DNA from: Collinsella aerofaciens
GTDB lineage: Bacteria; Actinomycetota; Coriobacteriia; Coriobacteriales; Coriobacteriaceae
Assembly (NCBI GenBank): GCA_048502435.1
Contig: DBFRXD010000050.1
Coordinates: forward strand, 667-64,666
Reading direction: 5' to 3'
Length of the DNA: 64,000 nt
Below the pieces are notes generated by a model. The model made no database searches and had not been told where the DNA came from. It was given only the letters and a program-made list of their open reading frames with translations. Made by a program: the position numbers and the translations under genes. Positions 33,669 through 43,849 of this stretch are shown here, piece after piece (the first letter of the stretch is position 1; each line of letters starts with the position of its first letter).

Positions 33669-36155
33669 ATGACCGAACACCACGCCATCAGCCGTCGAGC
33701 ATTCACGTTGGGCCTAGGACTCGCAGCATTGTCGCCTTTTGTAAGCCTGCCCGAAACCGCGGGATTGGGCCTTCCCGTGCGCGCGGCATTTGCAGACGAC
33801 GCTGCCACAGCGTCGGACAGCCTCCACAATTTCGTCATTCGCCTTCGCCCCGCGGGCTATTTTCGCACCGCGAGCGTCAACCAAGACGGCAACGTTCGCG
33901 GCAACGTCTGCCACCTGTTTAACGACGGCACGTCCAGCAAGCTCATCCTTGAGAACGTAACGACCAAGAATGACGATACAAACTGGTATGCTATCCGCAC
34001 CTTGCTCAATTTCGAAGAGCATAAAAAGACGGGCTACAGCATTTGGTCGGTCGACGACGACTCTGACAAAGATGGAAAGGTCATCCACGTATGGAGCGGC
34101 GAGTATGACAACAAGCCCAGCCGCGCTTTTGCGTTCGAGCGTCAATCAAACGGAACCTATATCATCCGAGACCGCACGGTCGAGAAAGAAACCGAGAAAA
34201 AAGACATTAAGTACCTGGCAATAGAATCGAACGGCGAAGACCAGGACAACAATAAGATCTGCCATAAGAGTAAGAGCATTCCGTGGGAGCTCGAACTTAT
34301 CGGTTACGACATGAAAAAGAACGATGCCACGGTTAGCAGCCTCGACTGGATCACGTACAGCAGCTACGTCGACGGACCATGTTGGATGAAATACGTCGAC
34401 GACAACAAGTTCCTCGACGAGCTGAGCATCCCGGGTACGCACGATTCGGGCACCTGCAGCGTGGACAACGACACTGAGCCCCAATCCTCGCAAGTAAAAT
34501 GCCAGCAGGATTACATTCCCACGCAGTTGCTCGAAGGCATTCGCTATTTTGATATCCGGCTCGGAAAGGGCGATGACCCCGGCATCGACCACGGGATTTT
34601 CTACCTACTCAAAAAAGACGGGAACTATCTGCATCTCTCCGATGTCATCGGGTACTTCAAAACGTTTTTGAACGAAAACCCGTCAGAAGCGCTCATCATG
34701 CTCGCATCGCGCGGCAACGATGAGGCTACCGACGAAAGCATAACGACGGCCTTCGCCAAGGTTATGGCCGATAACCCCAACCTGTTCTACACGTCGAGCC
34801 ACGTCCCCACGCTGGGCGAGGTGCGCGGAAAGATCGTCCTGCTGCGTCGATTTGGGCTCGCCGGCAACAGCGTAAGCGGCCACACGTGGGGCCTCGACCT
34901 CACCCAATGGGATGACAAGATCAAGGCGCATTCCGGGCAGTCGATGTGTCTCGTCCAAGACGCGCGGGGATTTGAAGCCATAGGGGAAACGGGCAATGAA
35001 GAGCCCTATTGCACCAAGGTATATGCCCAGGACAAGTACAAACTCACGGGAACCGACAAGCTCAGCTGGGTCGATAATGCGCTGAAGGAAACGACCGGGC
35101 GCACGTGCAACAAGGTGGACGTCGTGGACGATGCCGGGGCCGAGGTGCAAGTCCAGGAGCGTTGCTGGTCTATCAACTACACCAGCTGCACGGGCTTGTC
35201 GCACGGAGGCAATCCTTTTACCTCGGCACGAGTAGTCAACGAGCATCTGTACAAGAGCCCGTACATCAATCCCAGCGGCACCGAGGATACAAAGTCAGAT
35301 TACCTCAAGCACATTGGCATCATCGCATCCGACTTTGTTGATGCGGCGCTGGCCCGGAGCATCTACCAGCGCAATTACAATTACGATACGAAGCACACGC
35401 AGTCGGCTTCGTGCTGCCTCCCGACCCGCATGCGCATGACGTACGGCGACTCGCTGAGCGATGCCTCGCTCCAGGATGGCAAGACCGTTGGCGAGGGCCA
35501 TTTCCGCCTTGTCGACAGCAGCAACGTACTCAACGTGGCGGCTTCGGGCCATGCGTTTACCATCGAATACGTGGATGTCGACGCCTTGGGCAACGAGACC
35601 GTTACGGGGCTGCAGGGATCCGTACCCATCGATATCGATCCGCGCGCACTGACACCCCACTTTGAGGGGCTCGAAGGCCTTAAGGCCGGCGAGGATGTGC
35701 GCACAAAGGTCGCGGCGCTGCTCGAGGGCAAACTCGAAAACGATGCTTGCACGGCTCAGCTCGAGTTTGTGCACGACGCGGACGGCGCTCCGGGCACGGC
35801 AATGGTCGAGGGCGAGGCATTTACCGCGGGAACGTACTGGGTGCGCGCGAACGGTCTTTTGGGCGACGCGGCGCAAAACTACAAGCTTGCTAATGACGGA
35901 GCCGCGAGCTTTACCGTAGCGGCCTCGAGCAGTGCAGGCGGCACCGGCACCGACGGTGGCACGGGTTCCAACGCAGGCAGCGCTGATAAGAACGGTAAGG
36001 GCAACAAGGGCAAGAACTCGGGCGGAAAACTCGCCGACACGGGCGACGGCTCCGGCATTGCCGCCGGGCTCGCTGCCGCCGCCGTAGCGACAACGGTCGC
36101 CGGCGCGGCAATGCTTGCCAACGACCGCGAAAACGCTGGGGACGGTAGCGAATAG
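33669..36155 (+). CDS. Secreted, wall-anchored phosphatidylinositol-specific phospholipase C (PI-PLC X domain)-like protein with an N-terminal lectin-like region
   Basis: 828-aa ORF with RBS GGAGGAG and a twin-arginine signal (HAISRRAFTLGLGLAAL). PI-PLC X motifs: LSIPGTHDSGT, YFDIRLG, IDHGIFY. The C-terminus is KLADTG followed by a hydrophobic stretch (an LAxTG-type sorting signal). Confidence 0.75.
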   Translation: MTEHHAISRRAFTLGLGLAALSPFVSLPETAGLGLPVRAAFADDAATASDSLHNFVIRLRPAGYFRTASVNQDGNVRGNVCHLFNDGTSSKLILENVTTKNDDTNWYAIRTLLNFEEHKKTGYSIWSVDDDSDKDGKVIHVWSGEYDNKPSRAFAFERQSNGTYIIRDRTVEKETEKKDIKYLAIESNGEDQDNNKICHKSKSIPWELELIGYDMKKNDATVSSLDWITYSSYVDGPCWMKYVDDNKFLDELSIPGTHDSGTCSVDNDTEPQSSQVKCQQDYIPTQLLEGIRYFDIRLGKGDDPGIDHGIFYLLKKDGNYLHLSDVIGYFKTFLNENPSEALIMLASRGNDEATDESITTAFAKVMADNPNLFYTSSHVPTLGEVRGKIVLLRRFGLAGNSVSGHTWGLDLTQWDDKIKAHSGQSMCLVQDARGFEAIGETGNEEPYCTKVYAQDKYKLTGTDKLSWVDNALKETTGRTCNKVDVVDDAGAEVQVQERCWSINYTSCTGLSHGGNPFTSARVVNEHLYKSPYINPSGTEDTKSDYLKHIGIIASDFVDAALARSIYQRNYNYDTKHTQSASCCLPTRMRMTYGDSLSDASLQDGKTVGEGHFRLVDSSNVLNVAASGHAFTIEYVDVDALGNETVTGLQGSVPIDIDPRALTPHFEGLEGLKAGEDVRTKVAALLEGKLENDACTAQLEFVHDADGAPGTAMVEGEAFTAGTYWVRANGLLGDAAQNYKLANDGAASFTVAASSSAGGTGTDGGTGSNAGSADKNGKGNKGKNSGGKLADTGDGSGIAAGLAAAAVATTVAGAAMLANDRENAGDGSE

Positions 36156-36187
36156 GTAAGCCGGCCTTTTAGACACATCGACTCAAT

Positions 36188-36225
36188 GGGGGGCGCAGGA
36201 CACCGTTCTGTGCCCCCGATTTTTA
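36188..36225 (+). terminator. Rho-independent terminator after the PI-PLC-like gene
   Basis: GGGGGGCGCAG...CTGTGCCCCC followed by GATTTTT. Confidence 0.7.
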
Positions 36226-36249
36226 CCTTGGCCCAAACGCCGCCATAGG

Positions 36250-36519
36250 CTACATCACCATGTTCAGCGCGTTAACAAACTCCTGGGCCTTCGCACGGCT
36301 GCTCAGGCTAAAAACACAAGCAGTCAACAGCCTGTTACGCAGAAAAACATCGCGGCCCTTGATCCTGTTGACCCCCGTAATGTCCTTAAGATAGACAATC
36401 TCGGTGTGCTTGCCACCAAAAGTGCCCTTCTTGAGCACCTCGATACGATTGGGGTAGATCTTAACGTCTTTAAACCTACCCGAACCTTTGTCCTGGAATA
36501 GCAGCGTGTTGTTGTCCAT
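36250..36519 (-). CDS. Small hypothetical protein (about 89 aa)
   Basis: ORF 36250..36564 (GTG). The ATG at 36519 follows GGGAG. MDNNTLLFQDKGSGRFKDVKIYPNRIEVLKKGTFGGKHTEIVYLKDITGV... has a beta-rich, PH-like feel, but no family was recognised with confidence. Confidence 0.45.
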   Translation of the reverse strand: MDNNTLLFQDKGSGRFKDVKIYPNRIEVLKKGTFGGKHTEIVYLKDITGVNRIKGRDVFLRNRLLTACVFSLSSRAKAQEFVNALNMVM

Positions 36520-36687
36520 ACGCGTCACTCCCGTGGGGTTCGCTAAAACTGTCTCTATTGCCACATTTTAGTCACCGCAAGGCTCCCATGCGAAGGTGCC
36601 AGACAGCAAAGCAATTCGTGTCCGCGCGAGGCTTTAAACTAAATGCAATCAAGATGCATTCCACAAGAGGAAAGTGGGGCGACAGTG

Positions 36688-37737
36688 ATGGGCGAACTGG
36701 TAAACCGTGGAGAATCGGCAATCGTGCCCGAAGGTTTTTACAAGCAGGTCTCCTCAATTCTCAACGCCGCTCGCGACAAGGCCTATACCGCCGTTAACTT
36801 TGCGATGGTTGAGGCGTATTGGGAGATCGGCAAGAGCATTGTTGACGAGCAGGGCGGAGAGGAGCGCGCAGCATATGGGGAGGCATTGATTGCAGGCCTC
36901 TCCAGAAGGCTTACCGCGGATTTCGGAAGAGGCTTTGGCATCGCAAACCTTCGCAATATGCGTCAGTTCTTTCTTGCGTTTCCAATTCGCGACGCACTGC
37001 GTAGCGAATTGAGCTGGACTCATTACCGCAGGTTGATGCGCATCCCCGACCCTGATGCTCGCGCCTGGTACATGAACGAATGCGCCGATTCTCGTTGGAG
37101 CACGCGTCAGCTCGAGCGCCAGATCAACACCATGTTCCGCGAGCGCCTACTTGCCAGCAAGGACAAAGAGGCCGTCACCCAGGAAATCCAAAAGAGCGCC
37201 CCGGCTCGTCGCCCCGAGGATATCATCCGCGACCCATATGTACTGGAGTTTTTAGGTTTCTCGGACGATGCTACGTTTCGTGAGAGCGATCTAGAGCAGG
37301 CGCTCATCACGCATCTTCAGAAGTTCCTGCTGGAGCTTGGCCGTGGCTTCGCTTTCGAGGCGCGCCAAAAGCGCATCACCTTTGATGGGCGCCATTTCTA
37401 TATTGACCTTGTTTTTTACAACTATCTGATGCGCTGCTTCGTGCTCATCGACCTTAAGACCGATGACCTTACGCATCAGGACCTGAGCCAGATGCAAATG
37501 TATGTGAACTACTACACGCGCGAACTCATGAACGAAGGCGACAATCCGCCCATAGGCATCGTGCTCTGCGCGGACAAAAGCGATTCGATCGTCGAGTACA
37601 CGCTGCCCGAAGACAACGACCAAGTGTTTGCCGCCAAATACCTGCCATATCTTCCAAGCAAGGAAGAGCTGGCGCGCGAGCTGAGTGCCGAGTACCGCGC
37701 CATCAACGAAGCGACCAATGGCGAAACGCAAGGGTAG
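36688..37737 (+). CDS. DUF1016 / YhcG-family PD-(D/E)XK nuclease-domain protein
   Basis: ORF 36643..37737; ATG at 36688. VEAYWEIGKSIVDEQGG...GFGIANLRNMRQFFLAFP, with the C-terminal FYIDLVFYNYLMRCFVLIDLK (D..D/ExK-like core) typical of YhcG. Confidence 0.8.
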   Translation: MGELVNRGESAIVPEGFYKQVSSILNAARDKAYTAVNFAMVEAYWEIGKSIVDEQGGEERAAYGEALIAGLSRRLTADFGRGFGIANLRNMRQFFLAFPIRDALRSELSWTHYRRLMRIPDPDARAWYMNECADSRWSTRQLERQINTMFRERLLASKDKEAVTQEIQKSAPARRPEDIIRDPYVLEFLGFSDDATFRESDLEQALITHLQKFLLELGRGFAFEARQKRITFDGRHFYIDLVFYNYLMRCFVLIDLKTDDLTHQDLSQMQMYVNYYTRELMNEGDNPPIGIVLCADKSDSIVEYTLPEDNDQVFAAKYLPYLPSKEELARELSAEYRAINEATNGETQG

Positions 37738-37916
37738 CAGCACGTTGCGACCGAAACCACCGCAGCCGTCGCAGGCGCACTCGCGGTTGCGACGCACGCT
37801 ACGAAACAATACCGGTCATGGACGCCGGCAACGACATTCTAGCCGTGGCTGGCGAGCGTGACCTGACAGGCAAAGACGCGGCCTTCGTCTGATGTTGGTC
37901 CATTGGCTGCCACAGA

Positions 37917-37942
37917 AAAGGGCCGGTTGCAGCCGGCCCTTT
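37917..37942. terminator. Bidirectional terminator-like hairpin in a 395-nt non-coding gap
   Basis: AAAGGGCCGG-TTGCAG-CCGGCCCTTT, a perfect 10-bp stem. The minus strand continues TTTTCTG. Confidence 0.5.
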
Positions 37943-38132
37943 AGACGATAGCACCTGCGTTGCCCGCGCTTCCGAAGTGTGACTAACTGAGGAGCGGGTT
38001 CCGTGGCACAACCTGATCTTGCCCAGCGAGGCGGCCCTTTTGCAGCCGGTCCACCGTTTATTTACATCTACCCCCTGCCAAACTACCGGATGGCAGCCCC
38101 CATGCCTGCGAGCCGTCCCGTGCTGCGCTTCC

Positions 38133-39470
38133 CTACTTCCCAAAGATCGCAGCGAGCAAGCCCTTGCGTTTGGGCTTCTCCTCTCGGCAGGAACCCTCGG
38201 CAACCGCTGCAACCTGGCGCGGTTGCTCGCCGCCTCCACGGCGCACGATCTGGTATAGGAACGGAGATTTAACATATTTGACCTCGACGGGCGTGGCGTG
38301 TACGGTGCTCTCACCGGACAGATGCAGGCTCGGGCTGAGCGGCGCCACGATATGCGTTTCGCGCTTGTCGCTAAACACCACCGCGGCCGCACGACCCGTC
38401 TGGCCGTTTACGGCAATGCGCACCTGCTCGCCATCGCGGCCATCCGTCGCCGGACGATCGACAAAGTAGACCGGCACCATCACCAGGCCATCCTTATGCT
38501 TGCGGGCCTTGCGCGCCCAGGTTCGGATGCTCTTTTTATTGAGCCCCAGTACGGCCTCGGCATCGTTGCCCGCAACGTCGAGCGCCAACTTATCAATGAC
38601 CACCTGGTCCTTGGTAGATGCATCGACGGAGACAACGCGGAAGTCGCCTTCCTGCATGGCGGGATCGAACGGACCGACCTTGGCAAAGTCCCACGGCTCC
38701 AAAATGCCCATGAGGCGAACGTCCAGGTAGTTTGCTCTGGGGTATGCCCAGTCGAGCACCTCGTAGTACACCAGGGTTTCCTTGCTCAGGCCCTTGCCCG
38801 GGAAGCTCGCCATCATGCGCAGGTCCGCCAGCGCCATGGGGAAATAGAAGAGCATCATGTCGTTTTGGATCGCATCTTCCACGTCGTGCCCGGCAAAGGC
38901 ATCCGGATACTGGCGCACCAGCTGCAGCGCGTTGGCACGTGCCTGCTGCGGCGAGATTTCGCAGGGAATACCCTGATCCGGCACATACTCCGCACCCACG
39001 CCCATGGTCAGACGCTTGCTAAACGTCCCTGGCTTGAGCAGGTCCGCAATGCCGATCTTATTGCCGCAGGACGGGCACTCAAACACGCGCTGGGTCGACT
39101 CGCCCTCAAAGGACGCACCACAGAAGGGGCAAGGAATGCTCACATGCGTGGCCTCTTGGAACTCCTGCGCCGTGCCGCGATCCTCCCACAGCAGATGTTC
39201 CAGGACCGACTGATTGCGCCAGTGCGAATTGAAGAAATACCAGTCCGGGTCCTCCGGGCGCTCGAGTTGCGACACATGCGTGAGCTTGAGCAGTCCATTC
39301 ACCACCGTCAGCGGCGTATGGCGAATGCCCAGGGCGCTCTTGGGCTCCCCCGCATCAGCCTGCCACGGAACGACCGTGCCGCAATAGGCGCACTCAAAGC
39401 TGCGCTTAGCCTGGTGCGAGTACATAGGGCCGCCGCAGTTTTGACATTTAATGGCAAACATCTCGTCCAT
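38133..39470 (-). CDS. Hypothetical protein with two zinc-ribbon motifs
   Basis: ORF 38133..39521. The ATG at 39470 follows AAGGAGGA. The zinc-ribbon motifs are CQNCGG-x17-CAYCG and CPFCGA-x15-CPSCGN. A roughly 300-aa unrecognised C-terminal region follows, ending in a basic tail. Confidence 0.7.
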   Translation of the reverse strand: MDEMFAIKCQNCGGPMYSHQAKRSFECAYCGTVVPWQADAGEPKSALGIRHTPLTVVNGLLKLTHVSQLERPEDPDWYFFNSHWRNQSVLEHLLWEDRGTAQEFQEATHVSIPCPFCGASFEGESTQRVFECPSCGNKIGIADLLKPGTFSKRLTMGVGAEYVPDQGIPCEISPQQARANALQLVRQYPDAFAGHDVEDAIQNDMMLFYFPMALADLRMMASFPGKGLSKETLVYYEVLDWAYPRANYLDVRLMGILEPWDFAKVGPFDPAMQEGDFRVVSVDASTKDQVVIDKLALDVAGNDAEAVLGLNKKSIRTWARKARKHKDGLVMVPVYFVDRPATDGRDGEQVRIAVNGQTGRAAAVVFSDKRETHIVAPLSPSLHLSGESTVHATPVEVKYVKSPFLYQIVRRGGGEQPRQVAAVAEGSCREEKPKRKGLLAAIFGK

Positions 39471-39688
39471 GGAAACGTCCTCCTTTGCACAGGGGCTGTC
39501 GACATTAAGTATGTCGAGCAAGCAGGCACATGCCCATACCCATGTGGCCCAAAATGGACCACCCAGGCAGACGAGAAGGCTCGCTCGTTAGCACCGGCAG
39601 ACTATTGCTGCATTTTCTGAGCATCGGTGCACGGCGCCCCCGCGCGAGCTACACTATCCCCTTAAACATGATTGTGAGGACGACCGCT

Positions 39689-40870
39689 ATGCTATTTGTA
39701 AATCGGCTGGTACATACGCTTGTTCCCGGCAGTGAGAGCGAGCCGGTCGATGCATCTTGCCGCACCAACGCGGGCTTTTCCGCAAGCCTCGTCTGCATTG
39801 GCCTCAACATCACCCTGTGCCTAGCCAAGGGCATCGCGGGCCTGCTCGCCGGTTCCGTCTCCCTCATCGCCGACGCTTTCAACAACCTCTCCGATGCCTC
39901 GAGCAACATCGTGAGCCTGCTCGGGTTCCGCCTTGCCAGCCGCCCGGCAGACGAAGGCCACCCCTATGGCCACGGCCGCTATGAATACCTAGCCGGCCTA
40001 TTCGTCGCCGTCCTGGTTTGCGCCGTCGGCATCAACCTGATCCTCGAGTCGGTCGCTAAGATCATCAAGCCTTCCCCCACTGCATATTCGGTGCTCTCCT
40101 TAGCCGCCCTCGTCTTGTCCATGCTCGTTAAGCTCTGGATGGCAGCGTTCAACCGCACGCTGGGCAACCGCATCGATTCCGAGACGCTCATCGCCACGGC
40201 GCAGGACTCCAAAAACGACGTCATCACCTCGGGCTCGGTCTTGGTGGCGGCGCTTATTTCGCAGACGACCGGCTTTGATCTCGATGGCTGGGCAGGCCTG
40301 GGTGTGGGCGTCTTCATCTGCATCAGCGGTCTGGGCCTGGTGCGCGACGCCATCAGCCCGTTGCTGGGGCAAGCGCCCGACCCCAAGCTCGTCCAGGCAA
40401 TCCGCGACAAGATCATGTCCTATCCGCAGGTCTTGGGCACACACGACCTCATGGTGCACGACTACGGCCCCGGTCGTCAGTTTGCCAGCGCCCACGTGGA
40501 GATGCCCGGCGAGGGCGACGCGTTTGAGCACCACGAGATTCTGGACACCATCGAGCACGACATCAAGCGCCAGATGGGCATTGGTATCACGCTGCACTGC
40601 GACCCCATCGCGACAACCGGCGATGACTTGCGCGGCTGGGTCAAGCGCGGCGTCATGCAGATCGATCCCGCGCTCTCCATCCACGATCTGCACGAGCACG
40701 ACGGGTTCGTTTCGTTTGACCTGGTGCGTCCCGACGGCTTTGACATATCCGACGAGGAGCTGCTGGAGCTCGTCACGCGCATCGTGCACGAGCGCCGGCC
40801 CGATGTCTCATGCGTCGTCACGTTTGATTCGGGCTTCAGCTCGCCCGAGCGTCCGGCCGAGCAGCTGTAG
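39689..40870 (+). CDS. Cation diffusion facilitator (CDF) family metal efflux transporter
   Basis: ORF 39530..40870. The ATG at 39689 has GAGGA 9 nt upstream. SLIADAFNNLSDASSNIVSL...HPYGHGRYEYLAG... and a C-terminal cytoplasmic domain are typical of CDF. The start is uncertain (39668 is an alternative). Confidence 0.8.
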   Translation: MLFVNRLVHTLVPGSESEPVDASCRTNAGFSASLVCIGLNITLCLAKGIAGLLAGSVSLIADAFNNLSDASSNIVSLLGFRLASRPADEGHPYGHGRYEYLAGLFVAVLVCAVGINLILESVAKIIKPSPTAYSVLSLAALVLSMLVKLWMAAFNRTLGNRIDSETLIATAQDSKNDVITSGSVLVAALISQTTGFDLDGWAGLGVGVFICISGLGLVRDAISPLLGQAPDPKLVQAIRDKIMSYPQVLGTHDLMVHDYGPGRQFASAHVEMPGEGDAFEHHEILDTIEHDIKRQMGIGITLHCDPIATTGDDLRGWVKRGVMQIDPALSIHDLHEHDGFVSFDLVRPDGFDISDEELLELVTRIVHERRPDVSCVVTFDSGFSSPERPAEQL

Positions 40871-40888
40871 CCCCGCTCCGCTCGTCCG

Positions 40889-41857
40889 CTAGTTTCCCTG
40901 CGCGCCCGAGATGCCGTTTTGCAGGGCGTTCCAGGCATCCGTCGCCATGCCGCCCAAGTTCTGCGCGGTATCGCCCAGGTTCTGAGCGGTGTCGCCCAGC
41001 TCCTGCGCCTTGTTGCTCAAGTCCTCCAGCGTATTGGAGCTCGAGCCGTCGGTACCGCTTTGGCCGTCGGACGAGTTGCCCGAACTGTTCTTGTGCGTGA
41101 GTTGAATTTCGAGGTTGCCGTTGTCGTTATAGTAGGCAGAAGTAACGACCCAGTTGGCATCGACGACGGGCGTTGAGCCATCATCAGTCAGGACCACGGC
41201 ATTCGAAAGATCGGCGCCGCGCGACTTGAGGATCTTCTTGGCGTTGGACCAGTACTGCCCCGGGATATCACTCAAATCGACGGTGCTAGACGAGGCGGAC
41301 TCGGTTTGCTCGGCAGTGGTATCGGCCGTTGAACTCCCTCGCTTGTTGAGCATGCCCGACACGATGGCAAACACAACCGACAGCGCAAAGAAGATCGCCA
41401 GCACGATGAGGATCTTCTTAATCACGCTCGACGAACGCGACGGCGTCTCTTCCTCGTCCTCGCCATATTGCGGAATCGACTTGGGGTACTCGCGATACGG
41501 CTCGCGCGACTCGTAGCGAGGCTGCGCCGTGCGAGGCATATACGTCGTCTGCTGAGGCTGCGGAATGGGATTTTGCGGCAGGTCATCATAGGGATTCGGC
41601 GTCGAGGCAGCATAAGAATCCTGCGGCGCGTAATCAAACGGATCCGGAGCTGCGTTGCCATAGGGGCCTTGCGAAGATGCAGCGTAAGAATCCTGCGCCG
41701 TGTCGCCATAGCCCATAACCCGGGTGGGCTCGGCAGAAGGCTGCGTCGCGGCGGGGTCGGTATAACCGGGGTTGGGAACAACGCGGGTCGCATCGGCGCT
41801 ATCGCCAGCCTGCGCGGAACCGCAGCCGCCCATCACGGTTGTCTTGTCCTGATCCAT
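40889..41857 (-). CDS. Hypothetical single-pass membrane protein with a Pro/Tyr/Gln-rich N-terminal region
   Basis: 322-aa ORF with one TM (ILIVLAIFFALSVVFAIVSGML). The C-terminus carries three tandem 21-nt DNA repeats (40951-41013) encoding (E)LGDTAQN LGDTAQN LGG. Confidence 0.6.
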   Translation of the reverse strand: MDQDKTTVMGGCGSAQAGDSADATRVVPNPGYTDPAATQPSAEPTRVMGYGDTAQDSYAASSQGPYGNAAPDPFDYAPQDSYAASTPNPYDDLPQNPIPQPQQTTYMPRTAQPRYESREPYREYPKSIPQYGEDEEETPSRSSSVIKKILIVLAIFFALSVVFAIVSGMLNKRGSSTADTTAEQTESASSSTVDLSDIPGQYWSNAKKILKSRGADLSNAVVLTDDGSTPVVDANWVVTSAYYNDNGNLEIQLTHKNSSGNSSDGQSGTDGSSSNTLEDLSNKAQELGDTAQNLGDTAQNLGGMATDAWNALQNGISGAQGN

Positions 41858-42037
41858 GCAACGATTCCTTTCCGTCGCCTGTAAGCATCAAGTTATCCAT
41901 GCATTCTACCAGCGCAAAAGCCTATGATGGGCAGAGTCCGTCGGTATCTACAAGACATGCGCGGGCCTAAGGATCAAAAAGCCCCGCCGGGCCTTGGTAG
42001 GCGCGACGGGGCGGGCAAGCGGCTATGAGCAGCGAGC

Positions 42038-43705
42038 TTAGAACAGGCCGGTGATGTTGCCGTCGTTGTCGACGTCGATGTTCTCGGCCGCAGGGACCTT
42101 GGGCAGGCCCGGCATGGTCAGAACACTGCCAGTCAGTGCGACCACAAAGTGGGCGCCGGCGGAAACCTTGAGCTCACGCACCGTGATGCGGAAGTTCTCG
42201 GGAGCGCCCAGGGCCTTGGCGTTGTCGCTAAAGCTGTACTGCGTCTTGGCGACGCACACCGGCAGGTTGCCAAAGCCATTCTCGCGCAGCTCGGCGAGCT
42301 GGCGCTTGGCGGCCGGCGTAAAGTCAACGCCGTCGGCGCGGTAGACCTTGGTGGCAACGGCCTCGAGGGCATCAGCGACATCGGCGCCGTCCTCATAGGC
42401 AAACTTGAGCTCGCTCGGCTGCTCAATCAGACGCATGACCTCATCGGCAAGCTCGAGCGCGCCCTCGCCGCCCTTGGCCCAGACCTCGGAAAGCTTAACG
42501 TTGACGCCGAGCTTCTGGCACTCGGACTCAATGAGCGCGAGCTCGGCCTCGGTGTCCGTCGGGAAGCGGTTGATGGCGACCACGCAGGGCAGACCATATA
42601 CGTTCTGGATGTTGTCGACGTGACGCAGCAGGTTGGGCATGCCAGCCTTGAGTGCCTCGAGGTTCTCCTCGTTGAGATCGGCCTTGGCGACGCCACCGTT
42701 GTACTTCAACGCGCGAGCGGTGGCGACGACCACGACGGCGTTGGGACGAACGCCCGTCATGCGGCACTTGATGTCCAGGAATTTCTCGGCACCCAGGTCG
42801 GCACCAAAGCCCGCCTCGGTAATGGCGACATCGCCAAAACGCATAGCCATACGCGTGGCCATGATGGAGTTGCAGCCGTGGGCGATATTGGCGAAGGGAC
42901 CGCCGTGGACAAACGCAGGCGTGCCCTCGAGTGTTTGCACCAAGTTGGGCTTGAGCGCATCCTTAAGCAGCGCAGCCATGGCGCCCTGAGCCTTGAGGTC
43001 GCGGGCGCGGACGGGGTCGCCGGCATAGCTGTAGCCGACGACGATCTCGCCCAAGCGCTCCTTGAGGTCGTTGATGCTCGTGGACAGGCACAGGATTGCC
43101 ATGACCTCGGAGGCAACGGTGATATCGAAGCCGTCCTCGCGCGGCACGCCCTGGGCCTTGCCGCCAATGCCGTCGATAACATGGCGCAGCTGGCGGTCGT
43201 TCATGTCGACAACGCGCTTCCAGGTGATGCGCTTAACGTCAATACCGAGCTGATTGCCCTGCTGGATGTGGTTATCGAGCATGGCGGCCAGCAGGTTGTT
43301 GGCAGCACCGATAGCGTGGAAGTCGCCGGTAAAGTGCAGGTTGATGTCCTCCATAGGGATGACCTGGGCCCAACCGCCGCCGGCGGCACCACCCTTTACG
43401 CCAAAGACGGGACCGAGCGAAGGCTCGCGCAGGGCCACGGCGCTCTTAACACCGCGACGGCGCAGACCATCGGCCAGACCGATGGTCGTGGTGGTCTTGC
43501 CCTCGCCGGCGGGCGTGGGGTTGATGGCGGTCACGAGGACGAGCTTGGCCTGGTGATCAGTCGACTCGTTGAGCAGTGAATAGTCGACCTTAGCCTTGTC
43601 GAAGCCGTACGGAATAAGGTGCTTAACGTCGACGCCGGCGTTCTTGGCCACCTCGGTAATAGGCAGCGGCGTGACAGAACGTGCGATTTCGATGTCAGTA
43701 GGCAT
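42038..43705 (-). CDS. fhs: Formate--tetrahydrofolate ligase
   Basis: ORF 42038..43780; ATG at 43705. [24 protein letters not shown]...[14 protein letters not shown]... is typical Fhs. Confidence 0.93.
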   Translation of the reverse strand: MPTDIEIARSVTPLPITEVAKNAGVDVKHLIPYGFDKAKVDYSLLNESTDHQAKLVLVTAINPTPAGEGKTTTTIGLADGLRRRGVKSAVALREPSLGPVFGVKGGAAGGGWAQVIPMEDINLHFTGDFHAIGAANNLLAAMLDNHIQQGNQLGIDVKRITWKRVVDMNDRQLRHVIDGIGGKAQGVPREDGFDITVASEVMAILCLSTSINDLKERLGEIVVGYSYAGDPVRARDLKAQGAMAALLKDALKPNLVQTLEGTPAFVHGGPFANIAHGCNSIMATRMAMRFGDVAITEAGFGADLGAEKFLDIKCRMTGVRPNAVVVVATARALKYNGGVAKADLNEENLEALKAGMPNLLRHVDNIQNVYGLPCVVAINRFPTDTEAELALIESECQKLGVNVKLSEVWAKGGEGALELADEVMRLIEQPSELKFAYEDGADVADALEAVATKVYRADGVDFTPAAKRQLAELRENGFGNLPVCVAKTQYSFSDNAKALGAPENFRITVRELKVSAGAHFVVALTGSVLTMPGLPKVPAAENIDVDNDGNITGLF

Positions 43706-43849
43706 GGGCGGTCCTTTCGTTACCGAATGAGAAAAAGACCAATTCAGCATAGCACGGGCGCGCAACAGTAAAACGCCCATACCCGATGAACGGCGATATG
43801 TTTACCCGATGCCCAGCGATAGCCCAACAGCCCGCCAAAACAAAGCGCC

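Noticed and set aside
37799-38392. A 197-aa minus-strand ORF, plus small plus-strand ORFs, in the 37738-38132 gap.
   Set aside because: The translation is Arg/Ser/Ala-rich and has no RBS. It overlaps the 3' end of the zinc-ribbon gene in another frame. I treat the gap as non-coding; it contains only a bidirectional hairpin.
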